IMG/VR virus record: IMGVR_UViG_3300032069_000008
Direction: 5' to 3' (one strand)
Source: an uncultured virus (IMG/VR IMGVR_UViG_3300032069_000008)
Taxonomy: Duplodnaviria; Heunggongvirae; Uroviricota; Caudoviricetes
DNA length: 64,000 nucleotides
Every line of letters begins with the position of its first letter. Position 1 is the first letter of the stretch. Of the stretch, positions 36,846-47,147 are shown one piece after another. Made by a program: the position numbers and the translations under genes. The notes below the pieces were generated by a model, which saw only the letters and a list, made by a program, of their open reading frames with translations, was not told the DNA's origin and searched no databases.

Positions 36846-36951
36846 AGATAACAATAGACCTTCCAGATGAATATGCAAAAGCATTATTCGATGAGCTGAA
36901 AGCCACTTTGAAAAGAATAGATGTTGACATAGATTGGGAGCGAAGTGAGAA

Positions 36952-37248
36952 ATGAAAGAGCAAGAATTTAAGGAGATTCGGGTACTAATTAACAAAATCG
37001 AGAACTGTCTTAATACTTTGAAAGGTAGAATTAATGATTATAAATTGGAGAAGCAAGAGGTTTTTTCTCCAGATGAAACGAGGCCAAAAGATTTCAGAGA
37101 GCCAACATACGGACAAAAGAAGAAGATAGATTGGAACATCGTAAGAGCAAGGAGAGCATATAACTATAGCTGGAGGAAAATAGCAGGCGAAATGGGTGTA
37201 TCACATACTACTTTGATAAAAAGGGCAAAAAAGATGCAAATAAATTGA
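36952..37248 (+). CDS. HTH DNA-binding protein
   Basis: SWRKIAGEMGVSHTTL. Confidence 0.7.
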   Translation: MKEQEFKEIRVLINKIENCLNTLKGRINDYKLEKQEVFSPDETRPKDFREPTYGQKKKIDWNIVRARRAYNYSWRKIAGEMGVSHTTLIKRAKKMQIN

Positions 37249-37375
37249 TGGAGAATGAAATGAAGCAAAAATTTATTGTAGAAACAGAGAACGATAAGCG
37301 GATTTCTCATTCATCTGTTGAAACTGCAATTATAAAGGAGATTGCACCTTGGAACATTGCAGTTCGGGAGGAATC

Positions 37376-37720
37376 ATGAAGACGTTAGTATTCAGCATTG
37401 ATGAATTTATCGAATACATGAAAAAAGCAAAAGCAGAAGGTCTTAACTATGTAGTATTCGGGACTAACAACCTCCTGCAAGCTACAGCACCATCTGATAA
37501 AAAACCATCGTTTAAACTTCGTTTTGACATAGCTGGTGATGCTTTTGCCGAAAGAGATGTAAGACCTTTGATGGACAACAAAAATGTTTCTTTTTGCGGT
37601 GTATTGCTGACTGACGAACAACACCTCAATCAGGAACTGATAAAAAAACTAAAGAAAAACAAGGCAAAAGGAATAGAGTTCAAATTTATCCCCAAAAATA
37701 TTGAGAAGGTCAATGGATGA
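37376..37720 (+). CDS. Hypothetical protein
   Basis: GGAGG ribosome-binding site before ATG 37376. Confidence 0.6.
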   Translation: MKTLVFSIDEFIEYMKKAKAEGLNYVVFGTNNLLQATAPSDKKPSFKLRFDIAGDAFAERDVRPLMDNKNVSFCGVLLTDEQHLNQELIKKLKKNKAKGIEFKFIPKNIEKVNG

Positions 37721-37825
37721 GCTTTTTTGCAAGGATGTTCATAGATTGTATTTGGCGGGGCTTACTTGCTGGCGAAGTAATTTTATTGGAAGGTCTTGTG
37801 ATATTATATTTTATAAGGTAAAAAC

Positions 37826-38194
37826 ATGAAATATAAAAAAGCATTGGAAACTATCGAACAATGGCTTGACAAGAAGCACATTCGACAGTTCTGTAGAAGT
37901 TCATGCGGCGGTAAATGTTGCGAGGCTTTCTGCAAGACAGAATGCAAGCGTCCTCCATTGCCATGTGCGATGTTTCTATGTGACGAAATGAGAAAAATAC
38001 TATTTGGTTTTCATAATGGGGAAAAATACAAGGATTTACGAAATGAGATTACCGGTATAATTGTTTATGCTGGATACCCAAACCCGCCAGAACCCACTGA
38101 TGTCAACATTGATTTGGAGATACCAGACAGATTGATTGAAACGCTGATAAGCATAAACTATGAGAGAGATATTCATAAATGGGGGAAAACATGA
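37826..38194 (+). CDS. Cys-cluster protein (possible Fe-S or Zn binding)
   Basis: C...C.G.CC...C...C..PP..C....C pattern. Confidence 0.55.
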   Translation: MKYKKALETIEQWLDKKHIRQFCRSSCGGKCCEAFCKTECKRPPLPCAMFLCDEMRKILFGFHNGEKYKDLRNEITGIIVYAGYPNPPEPTDVNIDLEIPDRLIETLISINYERDIHKWGKT

Positions 38195-38520
38195 CTGATG
38201 TTTTGATTAGAACGGGCGAAGAAATAGTAAAGCGATGTGCGGTTGAACCAAAAGCAATGATAGCACCTTTTGTTGATGAAAAATGGGTTCTTTTATGTGA
38301 TGCGGGTGGTATGGGTGGTTTACGGGAGAAAGTAAAAATATACAAGGAATGCAAAGAAAATATATTTAAACTTGAATTAAACCACAACAAAATATACAAA
38401 AAATGGGAAGAATTTTATGTAAAACTTTATGGATATTACCGTGGAAAATACGATGTAACAGAGCAGTATAGAGATTGGCTCTTAAACGAATTATTTTTTC
38501 ATCTCTTGGAGGAAAAATGA
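38191..38520 (+). CDS. Hypothetical protein
   Basis: ATGA overlap; begins MTDVLIRT like 42389-42739. Confidence 0.55.
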   Translation: MTDVLIRTGEEIVKRCAVEPKAMIAPFVDEKWVLLCDAGGMGGLREKVKIYKECKENIFKLELNHNKIYKKWEEFYVKLYGYYRGKYDVTEQYRDWLLNELFFHLLEEK

Positions 38521-38629
38521 ATTGGTCAAAACGCAAGGAACGTTACATATATTCAATGTTAAAACTGAGAGGAGAACTATTTTACAAAAAATATAATTGT
38601 TGTTATAACAACAAGTTGAAGAGGCTTAC

Positions 38630-38875
38630 ATGATGATTTCAAAATTAGTGCAGAAATCTCTCGAAGATAAATACAATAGGCTGAAAAGAGAGTATACATT
38701 TACAATATCTCAGATTGCAAGAAAAATGAATATGAATCCGCAATCGATGAGAGAATCAATTCTTACATTGGAAAAAGAAGGTTTAGTTGAAAGGACAGAG
38801 TTTACAACTAGCTGGATAACCTGGAGGACTAAGTTTGGAAGAAACAAAACGGAGATTAAAATTGAAAAACATTGA
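38630..38875 (+). CDS. Small wHTH protein
   Basis: TISQIARKM....MRESI..LEKEGLV. Confidence 0.6.
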   Translation: MMISKLVQKSLEDKYNRLKREYTFTISQIARKMNMNPQSMRESILTLEKEGLVERTEFTTSWITWRTKFGRNKTEIKIEKH

Positions 38876-39206
38876 CAAAAGAAGCAACGTAATATGCAAA
38901 CTGGACGATGGAAAGCAATTCCGGGTTGACAGTTGCATACGTGATATGATTTACCTATTGAACGTTAACGGCATACAAACGGCTGGTTCATGTGTGGGGC
39001 ACGGCAGATACCCGCTTTCAATTATTTACAGAACTTCACATATGGGTGTTGAAACATTTCACGAATTGATTTCAGGTGTAACGATACCAAGGAAACGAAA
39101 CTTTTATGTGAAAGACAAAGACGGTTTCTACTATATCCCAGAGGCGTTGGCGATACTTTATGCAGATAAAAGACTTAACAGAAAAGAACGAGGAGTAGAC
39201 CTATGA
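38835..39206 (+). CDS. Tyw3-like-fold phage protein
   Basis: VD.CI...I..LN..G..T.GSC.GH resembles the Tyw3/Taw3 N-terminal motif. Confidence 0.45.
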   Translation: MEETKRRLKLKNIDKRSNVICKLDDGKQFRVDSCIRDMIYLLNVNGIQTAGSCVGHGRYPLSIIYRTSHMGVETFHELISGVTIPRKRNFYVKDKDGFYYIPEALAILYADKRLNRKERGVDL

Positions 39207-39793
39207 GAAAATTAATATTAAAAAAAGATGGATTATTCATTGATGATGGAAAAAAATTAAGCTGCATTTCAGTCATGGCTTTTCATCCAACCGGTGCAGC
39301 TATAGCAGGAATTGGTATAGTAACTGCACCAGAGGACGAAAAAAATATCACAAAAAATGTATTCAGTTTTAGTACAGTTGACGATGATGGTTTTTCAGAT
39401 GCCCCATTCTATATATTTTCTATTGAAGAATTGATTTTCTATCCAGAAATATTATCATCTTTAATAAAGGAAATCGAAAATGACCAATGCAGTATTGCTA
39501 CTAAAATACCGAAAGAAATCATTTTAAATGAAATTCATCAAATTGCAAAAGAAAGAGGCATCAAACGTCAAACTATAAATGAAGTAGAAATATGGACGGT
39601 CTACGACCACCCAAGTGATTATCCAAATAAGATTGTAGCAAGGAAATTCCTCAATGATAAACCTACGGAAGAAAAAATAATAGAGGATACTGTAGAGGAA
39701 GTAAGAAAACAGTTGCTTTCACGTAATCCAAATCTAACTCGTTTTGAGCCAGACCCAACAGATGATATCGTCATTTTGGAGACATGGTTATGA
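39203..39793 (+). CDS. Hypothetical protein
   Basis: C-terminal WTVYDHPSDYP..VAR...DD..I.E.WL domain. Confidence 0.6.
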   Translation: MRKLILKKDGLFIDDGKKLSCISVMAFHPTGAAIAGIGIVTAPEDEKNITKNVFSFSTVDDDGFSDAPFYIFSIEELIFYPEILSSLIKEIENDQCSIATKIPKEIILNEIHQIAKERGIKRQTINEVEIWTVYDHPSDYPNKIVARKFLNDKPTEEKIIEDTVEEVRKQLLSRNPNLTRFEPDPTDDIVILETWL

Positions 39794-39953
39794 TGTCAAA
39801 TGTTGTTTATAACTACAGACCATGCAAATGCTCAATTTGCAAGAAACCTTTCACTTCAATAAATGATGGAAAAAGGCACGTTGTACTTACACACGGAAAA
39901 ACGTTTAGCAAAGCAAGGGAGTTTATTGAATTAATTATTGGAGGAAAATAAAA

Positions 39954-40328
39954 ATGGCGTATGAAGATGTAGATATTGACGTAACCCTTGACGATTTCGT
40001 CAAAAAAATGATGAACGATACCATTTCAATCGAATTTAAAATCAAACATGTAAAACACAAGGAACTGCCATTTTTCGATGATATGCGCGAACAACTTAAA
40101 GAAAATGAGAGCTGGCAAGAATTACAAGACCTTGATTACAGCGGGAAACTGCCAACTTTACGCTATAAAGACGATACGGCGTTGGTCAATGAAATAATCA
40201 ATGCAGTTAGAGAAGAATGCTTAGAATTGGATAAAACAGAGATACGATATCTAAGAGAGCATAGGGGCGAATATTATTCAGGCAAAGGCAGTAATTTAAA
40301 AATGGTAATGAAATACACAGGAGACTAA
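39954..40328 (+). CDS. Hypothetical protein
   Basis: GGAGG ribosome-binding site. Confidence 0.6.
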   Translation: MAYEDVDIDVTLDDFVKKMMNDTISIEFKIKHVKHKELPFFDDMREQLKENESWQELQDLDYSGKLPTLRYKDDTALVNEIINAVREECLELDKTEIRYLREHRGEYYSGKGSNLKMVMKYTGD

Positions 40329-40330
40329 AC

Positions 40331-40627
40331 ATGACACACGCAAGCGTTGTTGGAATAACATTCTGTGAAATTAAAAATCACATGGATATTTGGAAAAGTA
40401 TCAAAGCTGGTACTGAATTGATTATGGAGCGAGAGCCAACAAACCCAAGGGACAGGAATGCCGTAAAGGTATCATTTGGCACAATACACATCGGCTATAT
40501 CGAAAGAGAAGAGGCAGGCCGATTGTCAATGAGGATGAAGGAAAACGATATATCACACTTGACGTGCAAGGTACTCGGCATAAACGGAACGCCTTTAGAC
40601 CGACCGGTACTGGTGGTGGAGTTTTGA
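40331..40627 (+). CDS. HIRAN domain protein
   Basis: VVG...L..EREP.NP.D.NAVKV....IGYI.R..A. Confidence 0.85.
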   Translation: MTHASVVGITFCEIKNHMDIWKSIKAGTELIMEREPTNPRDRNAVKVSFGTIHIGYIEREEAGRLSMRMKENDISHLTCKVLGINGTPLDRPVLVVEF

Positions 40628-41037
40628 AAGCAAAGAAACCAAGGTTCTGCTATCACGGGAGGATACTCATAAAAGATAAGCTATTCGGTAGCACCATGAT
40701 GATGAACACGAGTGCACATGCATCGACAATGAACATGCTTATAAACAATTTCAATGTAAAATCAAAAGAAATGATGCGTGGTATGGACCAGCCACGCAAG
40801 ATAACACAGAAAGCAATAGAGGAACTTGTACAGAATATGAGAGACCAAAAATATAGCATTAAAAGAATTAAAAACCATTTTGCAAAATTCGACATAGATG
40901 TGTATCTGCCTGACGAAAAGAAGCCACCAAAACTTGAAAAATGGCAATCTACTTTGGAGGAAGCAATACCAGTAACCTGTGGCATATTGAAACCTGTTGG
41001 TCATCCAACTTTGCAAAAGAAAAAGAAAGTCAAATAA
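40624..41037 (+). CDS. Hypothetical protein
   Basis: TTGA overlap with the HIRAN gene. Confidence 0.55.
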   Translation: MKAKKPRFCYHGRILIKDKLFGSTMMMNTSAHASTMNMLINNFNVKSKEMMRGMDQPRKITQKAIEELVQNMRDQKYSIKRIKNHFAKFDIDVYLPDEKKPPKLEKWQSTLEEAIPVTCGILKPVGHPTLQKKKKVK

Positions 41038-41038
41038 C

Positions 41039-41111
41039 AGCGTGGTAGTGTAGCGGACAACACGTTTGCCTCATGAGCAAATAATCATTGGTTCAAATCC
41101 AATCCACGCTA
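41039..41111 (+). tRNA. tRNA-Met(CAT), isolated
   Basis: Acceptor AGCGTGG/CCACGCT (A1:U72), arm TTTGC-CTCATGA-GCAAA, T-loop TTCAAAT. Confidence 0.9.
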
Positions 41112-41112
41112 T

Positions 41113-41844
41113 ATGAATAGAACCAAGATAGAATGGGTTCAAAATCCAGATGGCTCAAGAGGCTATACTTGGAATGCCATCGTAGGCTGTGGAAAACAGT
41201 GCAAAGATGAGAGAGGTAAGATATGGTGTTATGCCTACTATCAAGCGAAAAGACAGAAGCAGAGATGTATTGATTGTTATAATTTCAAACCGCACATACA
41301 TATTGAAAGATTAGACCAACCAAAAAAAGTCAAAAAACCATCATTGATATTTGCAGATAGCATGTCTGATTTCTGGGATAAAGATGTCAAGCAGGAATGG
41401 AGAGACAAAGTATACAAGGTAATAAAAGAAACACCACAACATACTTACTTCCTTCTAACCAAACAGCCTCAGAGGATTAAAGACACCAAAAAAATACCTA
41501 AAAACTGTTTTGTGGGTGTTTCTGTAACTTGCTTTAATGACCGATGGAGGATAATGAAATTAATCTCAAAACCATACGTTGAACATACTTTCGTATCCCT
41601 TGAGCCGCTACTTGATGATAATGTTTCAAATTACATCTATTGTGTTGATTGGGTCATAGTCGGTTTCCTCACAGGTTCAAAAAAAGGCTTCAAGCCAGCA
41701 AAGAAGACGATAAAAGAAATAATAAAAGGATGCAAATTCTTAAATGTGCCATTATTTCTAAAAAATAATGTTGAATGGGGAAGTGAGATAAAACAATATC
41801 CAAAGTTTAGAGATGAAAAGTATGACAATGACAATATTTGTTAA
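41113..41844 (+). CDS. Phage Gp37/Gp68 (DUF5131) family protein
   Basis: TKIEW...TWN...GC...CYA, F..SMSD, TPQH.Y.LLTK, FVSLEPLL. Confidence 0.88.
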   Translation: MNRTKIEWVQNPDGSRGYTWNAIVGCGKQCKDERGKIWCYAYYQAKRQKQRCIDCYNFKPHIHIERLDQPKKVKKPSLIFADSMSDFWDKDVKQEWRDKVYKVIKETPQHTYFLLTKQPQRIKDTKKIPKNCFVGVSVTCFNDRWRIMKLISKPYVEHTFVSLEPLLDDNVSNYIYCVDWVIVGFLTGSKKGFKPAKKTIKEIIKGCKFLNVPLFLKNNVEWGSEIKQYPKFRDEKYDNDNIC

Positions 41845-41911
41845 ATGTGATAAATGCGGGGAATTACTTGATAAAGATGGTAAATGCCCTAACTGTAATA
41901 AGAGGTGAATT

Positions 41912-42388
41912 ATGAATAGCGAAGAAATTCAAAAACAGATGGAAGCTATTGAAAAACAAAAAGAACAATTGGAGAAGCAACGGCAAGAGCTGATGATTAA
42001 AGAAGGAAAAGCGTACAGCTGTAAAAAGTGTAAAACGTTTGTAGATAAAGAAAAAGCCGCACCGTCTCCATTGGAACAAGGTCTTTGTAGTAATTGTTGG
42101 AATAAGAATTGGCGTATAGAGCAATATAACGAGATTTTAAAGAAATTGAAATACGCCAGGATTATCGACATAAAAATTGAAAGAAGCACCGAGATAACCA
42201 AAATCACAGTTTACAAGAACGGCATGATTTATGACTTGAAAGCCGGATACGACCGTGATTTAGATGAAGAGGCGAGCATAGTCATCGACAGTGAAGAGAG
42301 GGATGGAGGACAGCTTGAACTGGACGAAGATGAGCTGAAGCCATGGATGAAGGAACGCCAAGAGAAACCGCTGGTTAAGGTTGATTAG
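41912..42388 (+). CDS. Coiled-coil plus Zn-finger hypothetical protein
   Basis: GAGGTGA ribosome-binding site; CKKC...CSNC. Confidence 0.6.
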   Translation: MNSEEIQKQMEAIEKQKEQLEKQRQELMIKEGKAYSCKKCKTFVDKEKAAPSPLEQGLCSNCWNKNWRIEQYNEILKKLKYARIIDIKIERSTEITKITVYKNGMIYDLKAGYDRDLDEEASIVIDSEERDGGQLELDEDELKPWMKERQEKPLVKVD

Positions 42389-42739
42389 ATGACTGACGTT
42401 TTGATAAGAACGACAAGGGAAAAAATTGAACATAAATTTGCTGATAAAGTCGGTAAAGACGAATACTGTTTCTGGACGATGTTGCGACCACCCAAACAAA
42501 CACTCTGGCTTGGCTCTGAAAAAAATATAGATGGCAACAAAATAATGTTCACAGACGGAAAAAATGTGTTCGCTGAAGGAACTATTATCGAGGTCATACC
42601 AACGAAAAGTAGCGGCAAATTCAATCGAAATACAGAAGATGTCACCAAAGGCGAAATACGATTTACTCCATTGAAAAGAGTTAACTACCCACAGCCAAAG
42701 ATAGCACCGACAAGGGGATTTACGTATGTAGGTATGTAG
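42389..42739 (+). CDS. Hypothetical protein (possible PUA/ASCH-like)
   Basis: Abuts the upstream stop; C-terminal RGFTYV. Confidence 0.55.
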   Translation: MTDVLIRTTREKIEHKFADKVGKDEYCFWTMLRPPKQTLWLGSEKNIDGNKIMFTDGKNVFAEGTIIEVIPTKSSGKFNRNTEDVTKGEIRFTPLKRVNYPQPKIAPTRGFTYVGM

Positions 42740-42914
42740 GTAAATAAATATGAAAATGCCAAGAAATGCCCCTGTTGAAAAAAGATTCTTAGTACGGCCA
42801 TGGAATGAAAAGATGTTCTGCACTGTACATAGAAGACCAGTTACAATTGAAGATTACTTCTTTGATGATTGTGCAGTTTGCGACAGTTGCATAATCAGGT
42901 ATGCAAGGTGACAG

Positions 42915-43802
42915 ATGGGAGAAACTAAAAAAGTATACAAGTTCAAAGACGATATAATGACTGTGGAAGATAAAGAGTGTCATCCACGAAAGTTACCGTT
43001 GACCAGTACCTACATAGCTCCATATTGGTTTCAGGCAATACAGAACGTCTTCAAATATGAAAAGGCAAGAGAACTGCGGGAAGTTCATAAATTGGTTTCA
43101 GATGACAGGATTAAACGTGGTCATGAGCTCTATAAAAACAAACACATCAAAGCAGCAGTCACAACGGTACATGGTGGCGATGTGCATGCAACCGTATTGT
43201 CCTCTAATAAAAAAGATGAATACACGGTTATAGTAAAGAACTATTTGCCTGAGAAGTTGCCACAACACTTGCATGAGCGTGAAGAGTATTGGGCGAATTT
43301 ATTCATAGATTGCTCTTGCAAGGATTTTTCTATGGGCAAATTCAGAGATAATTCTTCCATAATATGCATCCATGTAGCTAGTGTGTTGTGGTTCCTGATA
43401 GATAAATTCAACATGCCCAAAATATTTGTTTTACCAGAGGAAAAGATGATGGGCTACCAAAAAAGCGATGTAGAAGAGCTTGAAATCGAAATCAAGGCGA
43501 TGCCTCTTGTCAAATTCACTCAGCACATTAATCTACTGCTTCTAAAGAGCTATCGAGGAATGCACCCGGCCCTTGGGATATCGGTGCATAGAGTAAGCAA
43601 TACCGACTTTAAGGAAATCGGCACACCGCAATGGATGACATACTTGGAGACAAAATCAATAGAGCGCCTGTTGAAAGGCATCAGCACTGGCTACAGGGAG
43701 ATATCCAGAGCATATTCTTTTACAGATGAGGAGATAAACAAAAAGCTATTAGGAGCAATCGGGGTCAAAAAGAAAAGGTGGTGGAAATTTGGACGAACTT
43801 GA
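42915..43802 (+). CDS. SWIM Zn-finger protein
   Basis: CSCKD...CIH; RG..LY upstream. Confidence 0.75.
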   Translation: MGETKKVYKFKDDIMTVEDKECHPRKLPLTSTYIAPYWFQAIQNVFKYEKARELREVHKLVSDDRIKRGHELYKNKHIKAAVTTVHGGDVHATVLSSNKKDEYTVIVKNYLPEKLPQHLHEREEYWANLFIDCSCKDFSMGKFRDNSSIICIHVASVLWFLIDKFNMPKIFVLPEEKMMGYQKSDVEELEIEIKAMPLVKFTQHINLLLLKSYRGMHPALGISVHRVSNTDFKEIGTPQWMTYLETKSIERLLKGISTGYREISRAYSFTDEEINKKLLGAIGVKKKRWWKFGRT

Positions 43803-43945
43803 TGAAGAATTTAAAAGCTGTACTTTTGATGAACTCCGCCAATGGCGTGACCAGGAAAAGGCAAGATTGAGTGCTTTACCTAAGGATTCGGATATCTATA
43901 ATTATACTGAGGGCTTAGTCTACAAGCTTACTGCCATCTTACAAG

Positions 43946-44323
43946 ATGATGAAGATGAATAAAAAAATAGTTCTATACCATTGTACATCTAGGAAAAACT
44001 TAAAAGAAATATTGAAAAAAGGTCTTGTTCCAAAAATGCCAAAGAATATCACAAATGCGGTTGAAGGGATATATCTATCTAAATTACCGTTCGATTGGAT
44101 GCATTATGCCACAAATGAGACAACAGAGGCAGGATTAATGGTAACTGTTGATGCAACAGGTCTAACTCTAATGCCCGATAATGGCATATTTGAACCAGAG
44201 ACTTATTTACAGCACCCTGCGTACGTCTGCAAAGAAACAATACCTGTGAAGCGTTTCATACGTGTTTCAGTATCAACCGATAAAAATCCATGCAAATTCA
44301 GAGAAATGAAACAAAAAATATAA
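43946..44323 (+). CDS. ADP-ribosyltransferase-fold protein (Tpt1/KptA-like)
   Basis: LYHCT...L..IL..GL.P...IYLS...VD...IP motif order. Confidence 0.65.
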   Translation: MMKMNKKIVLYHCTSRKNLKEILKKGLVPKMPKNITNAVEGIYLSKLPFDWMHYATNETTEAGLMVTVDATGLTLMPDNGIFEPETYLQHPAYVCKETIPVKRFIRVSVSTDKNPCKFREMKQKI

Positions 44324-44587
44324 AAATAAACAAATCATTTCGAGATTGTTGATGGCTGAGGTGGTGAGAGCCGGCTATATTCCACCCACACATCAACAAT
44401 AGAATTATGAGTAACATTTCTAATTCGCTAAAAGCCAGAGAAGTGTTGTCGCAATGCTAATAACGTCAATCACTCACTTCTTTGGTTGGCGACAAGTTAG
44501 ATATGTCTACTTAAAATTTTAAATTTTATGTATACGACTGTCAACGCAAAACTTTAATCCTTATAAAGAGATACAAGACTGATATCT

Positions 44588-45163
44588 ATGGCTGACCAAT
44601 TGAAGAAATTGCTCTTTAATAAGCATTTTACCGACTCTCCCGAAGGCGGGCATTTAGCTACCTGGCAAATAGCACCATTTAAGGTATTTTTTCTGTTCTT
44701 GGCTCTATCCATCCTTTCAATCATAGTATATGCATACTTCTTTACTAAAGACCCTCATACATTCCTTGGCAATGCAATGTTCTATGCAATCGTTCTAATC
44801 CTTGCTATTGTTGCTCTTTGGCTTGTTGGCAACAAAGCATGGAGCTTAAAAAATCGCATTGCATATTTCCTTTTGACATTCATAATTCTCTGGGTTACTT
44901 ATTTTGGCATGTCTCTGGTATTTGGCTATCTTGGTCTGAAGTTCTATATCGGAGGATACGCACTGTGGACCATTCTAATTATTTTGGCAGGCTGGGGAAG
45001 CAAAAATCTATTCGATGATGAAATTAATAGGAAAGATTTATTCTTTATGCTGGTAATTTTTTTAGTTTATACCGGAATGAATCTGCCAATGAATAGTACG
45101 GGTGGTTTCTTAGCAAATTTTGATAAACTTCTTACGACCATCTTCCATTTTCTCAAAATATAG
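44588..45163 (+). CDS. Multi-pass membrane protein
   Basis: About five hydrophobic segments. Confidence 0.7.
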   Translation: MADQLKKLLFNKHFTDSPEGGHLATWQIAPFKVFFLFLALSILSIIVYAYFFTKDPHTFLGNAMFYAIVLILAIVALWLVGNKAWSLKNRIAYFLLTFIILWVTYFGMSLVFGYLGLKFYIGGYALWTILIILAGWGSKNLFDDEINRKDLFFMLVIFLVYTGMNLPMNSTGGFLANFDKLLTTIFHFLKI

Positions 45164-45245
45164 ATGGATAATGGATGGATAGCAATATTTATATAATCCA
45201 CTGCATATATATTTTGTGTTGAAAACAAATAGAGTAAAAATAAAT

Positions 45246-46466
45246 ATGCAAATAACAACAAAACGTGTTGAACGGATATGGTTGAAACCATCCGATGAAC
45301 TGAATCGGATGTGCCACATTGCAAAAAACCTATACAATGAAGCAACATATCTGATACGCCAGGAATTATTCAACACGGGCCGGCGGATTAGATACAATGA
45401 ACTAGCCAAAGTGTTGAAGGATTCAGAGAACTATAAGATTCTTCCTGCAAAGACGGGCCAACAAATTCTTAAATATGTTGATTGGAACTGGAAAAGTTTT
45501 TTCAATGCCATGAAACAGTACAAAAAAATTCCCAGTGCTTTCTTTGGGCGTCCTGGCATTCCGAAATACAAACATAAAGATGGAGTATTCATGCTGATTT
45601 TCACTAATCAGCAAGTGAGCATCAAAAACAACGTACTAATATTCCCTAAAAAGATGGATGAAGTTCTGCCAAAGGTCAGAGTGAGACCTATTATAGAAAA
45701 ACTGAGGGAAGTACGTCTTATTCCACGTGCAGTTGGCTATATTCTTGAGATTGTTTACGATAAAATAATTAATGCACCGAAGCGAGACAAACGTATTGTG
45801 GCTGGTATCGATTTGGGTGTTCGCAACCTTGCAACTATCGTAGATAACACAGGTGGTAAGCCTATTGTTATCAAAGGCGGGACTGTGAAGTCAATCATCC
45901 AATTCTACCAGAAAGAAAGGGCACGACTGCAAAGCATCTATGATTTGCAGAAGCAAGACAAACAAGGCATGAAGATGAAACGATTGTCGGACAAGTATAA
46001 AAAGAAGATGCACGATTATCTGCACAAGGTTAGCAACGCCATTATAAAGCATCTGGACAGACGTGGTATCGGTCTCTTGGTCATCGGGTACAATGATGAC
46101 TGGCAACACAAAGCAACTCTTGGTAGACGAAATAATCAAACATTCTCATCAATACCGTATAGACAGCTCATCAACATGCTTCAATATAAAGCAGAGGAAC
46201 AGGGAATTAATACTATGATGCCAGACGAGAGCCATACTTCTGTGTGTTCATTTTTCGATAACGAAACGATAGAACATCATGATGAGTATGTTGGAAAACG
46301 GAAAGGCGGATTGTTCAGAACAGCAAAAGGGCATGTTGTGAATGCAGACGTGAACGGTGGATTTGACATCATGAAGAAAGCAGTCCCAAATGCCTTCCAG
46401 AAATGGATGGCGGACGGGATAGAGGGTGCCGTGGGTCATCCATTGAGATTGAAGGTCGTGCGATGA
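45246..46466 (+). mobile_element. tnpB: Stand-alone TnpB (IS200/IS605 family, IS1341-like) RNA-guided nuclease
   Basis: AKNLYN helix, RuvC-I GIDLG, ESHTS, RuvC-III NADVNG; no adjacent tnpA. Confidence 0.9.
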
Positions 46467-46535
46467 GTATAAACCTCAATCTGATAAACATATAATTTGC
46501 GAACTCATGCAAAAAGGAAATAACGAGAGTAAAAG

Positions 46536-47147
46536 ATGGTTGAGTGTGAAACCTGTAAGATGTCACTTATTCTATTGGATGACCATTATTGGGCGGTATG
46601 GCAGGAGACTTTCTGGCGATGCCCATCATGTAATCAGACGTTTGCAACCTATCGACAGAAACAGGTCTCCATTCTGAAAAGAGCAATACTTGGTGTGTTC
46701 CGTATTGTGCAGCATAACAAAGAACATTATATACTAATCAATCTTTTTGGAGAAAACGTTTATGCCTGTTCACGATGTCTTGGAGCCTACGTCACCGGTT
46801 TAGTCTGTTACTTCATTTTTGGTTTGCTTTATCTACTGAATATTTCTTTTCCGTTTTACCCTGTGTTCATCACAAGTTTTGCTTTAGGCTCAGTAACGAT
46901 GATGGATTTTATAACGGTAGATTTATTTCACCTTAGAAAAGGAAGCAATAATGTACGCATATTTGCTGGTGTACTGTTGGGAATAGCGGCAATGCTTTAC
47001 TTTTGGCTATTGCCTGAAAGCTGGATGTTTAGAATACTAACCCTTATTATTTACAATCTCATTGCTATATTCATAGCGTGGATGGCGATAAGGAGAAACA
47101 AACGTGAGACACAAGCTAGTCATGGTACCGGAGGACAAATTACATAA
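46536..47147 (+). CDS. DUF2085-like membrane protein with N-terminal Zn ribbon
   Basis: CSRCLGAY.G followed by TM helices and SNN.R...G. Confidence 0.7.
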   Translation: MVECETCKMSLILLDDHYWAVWQETFWRCPSCNQTFATYRQKQVSILKRAILGVFRIVQHNKEHYILINLFGENVYACSRCLGAYVTGLVCYFIFGLLYLLNISFPFYPVFITSFALGSVTMMDFITVDLFHLRKGSNNVRIFAGVLLGIAAMLYFWLLPESWMFRILTLIIYNLIAIFIAWMAIRRNKRETQASHGTGGQIT

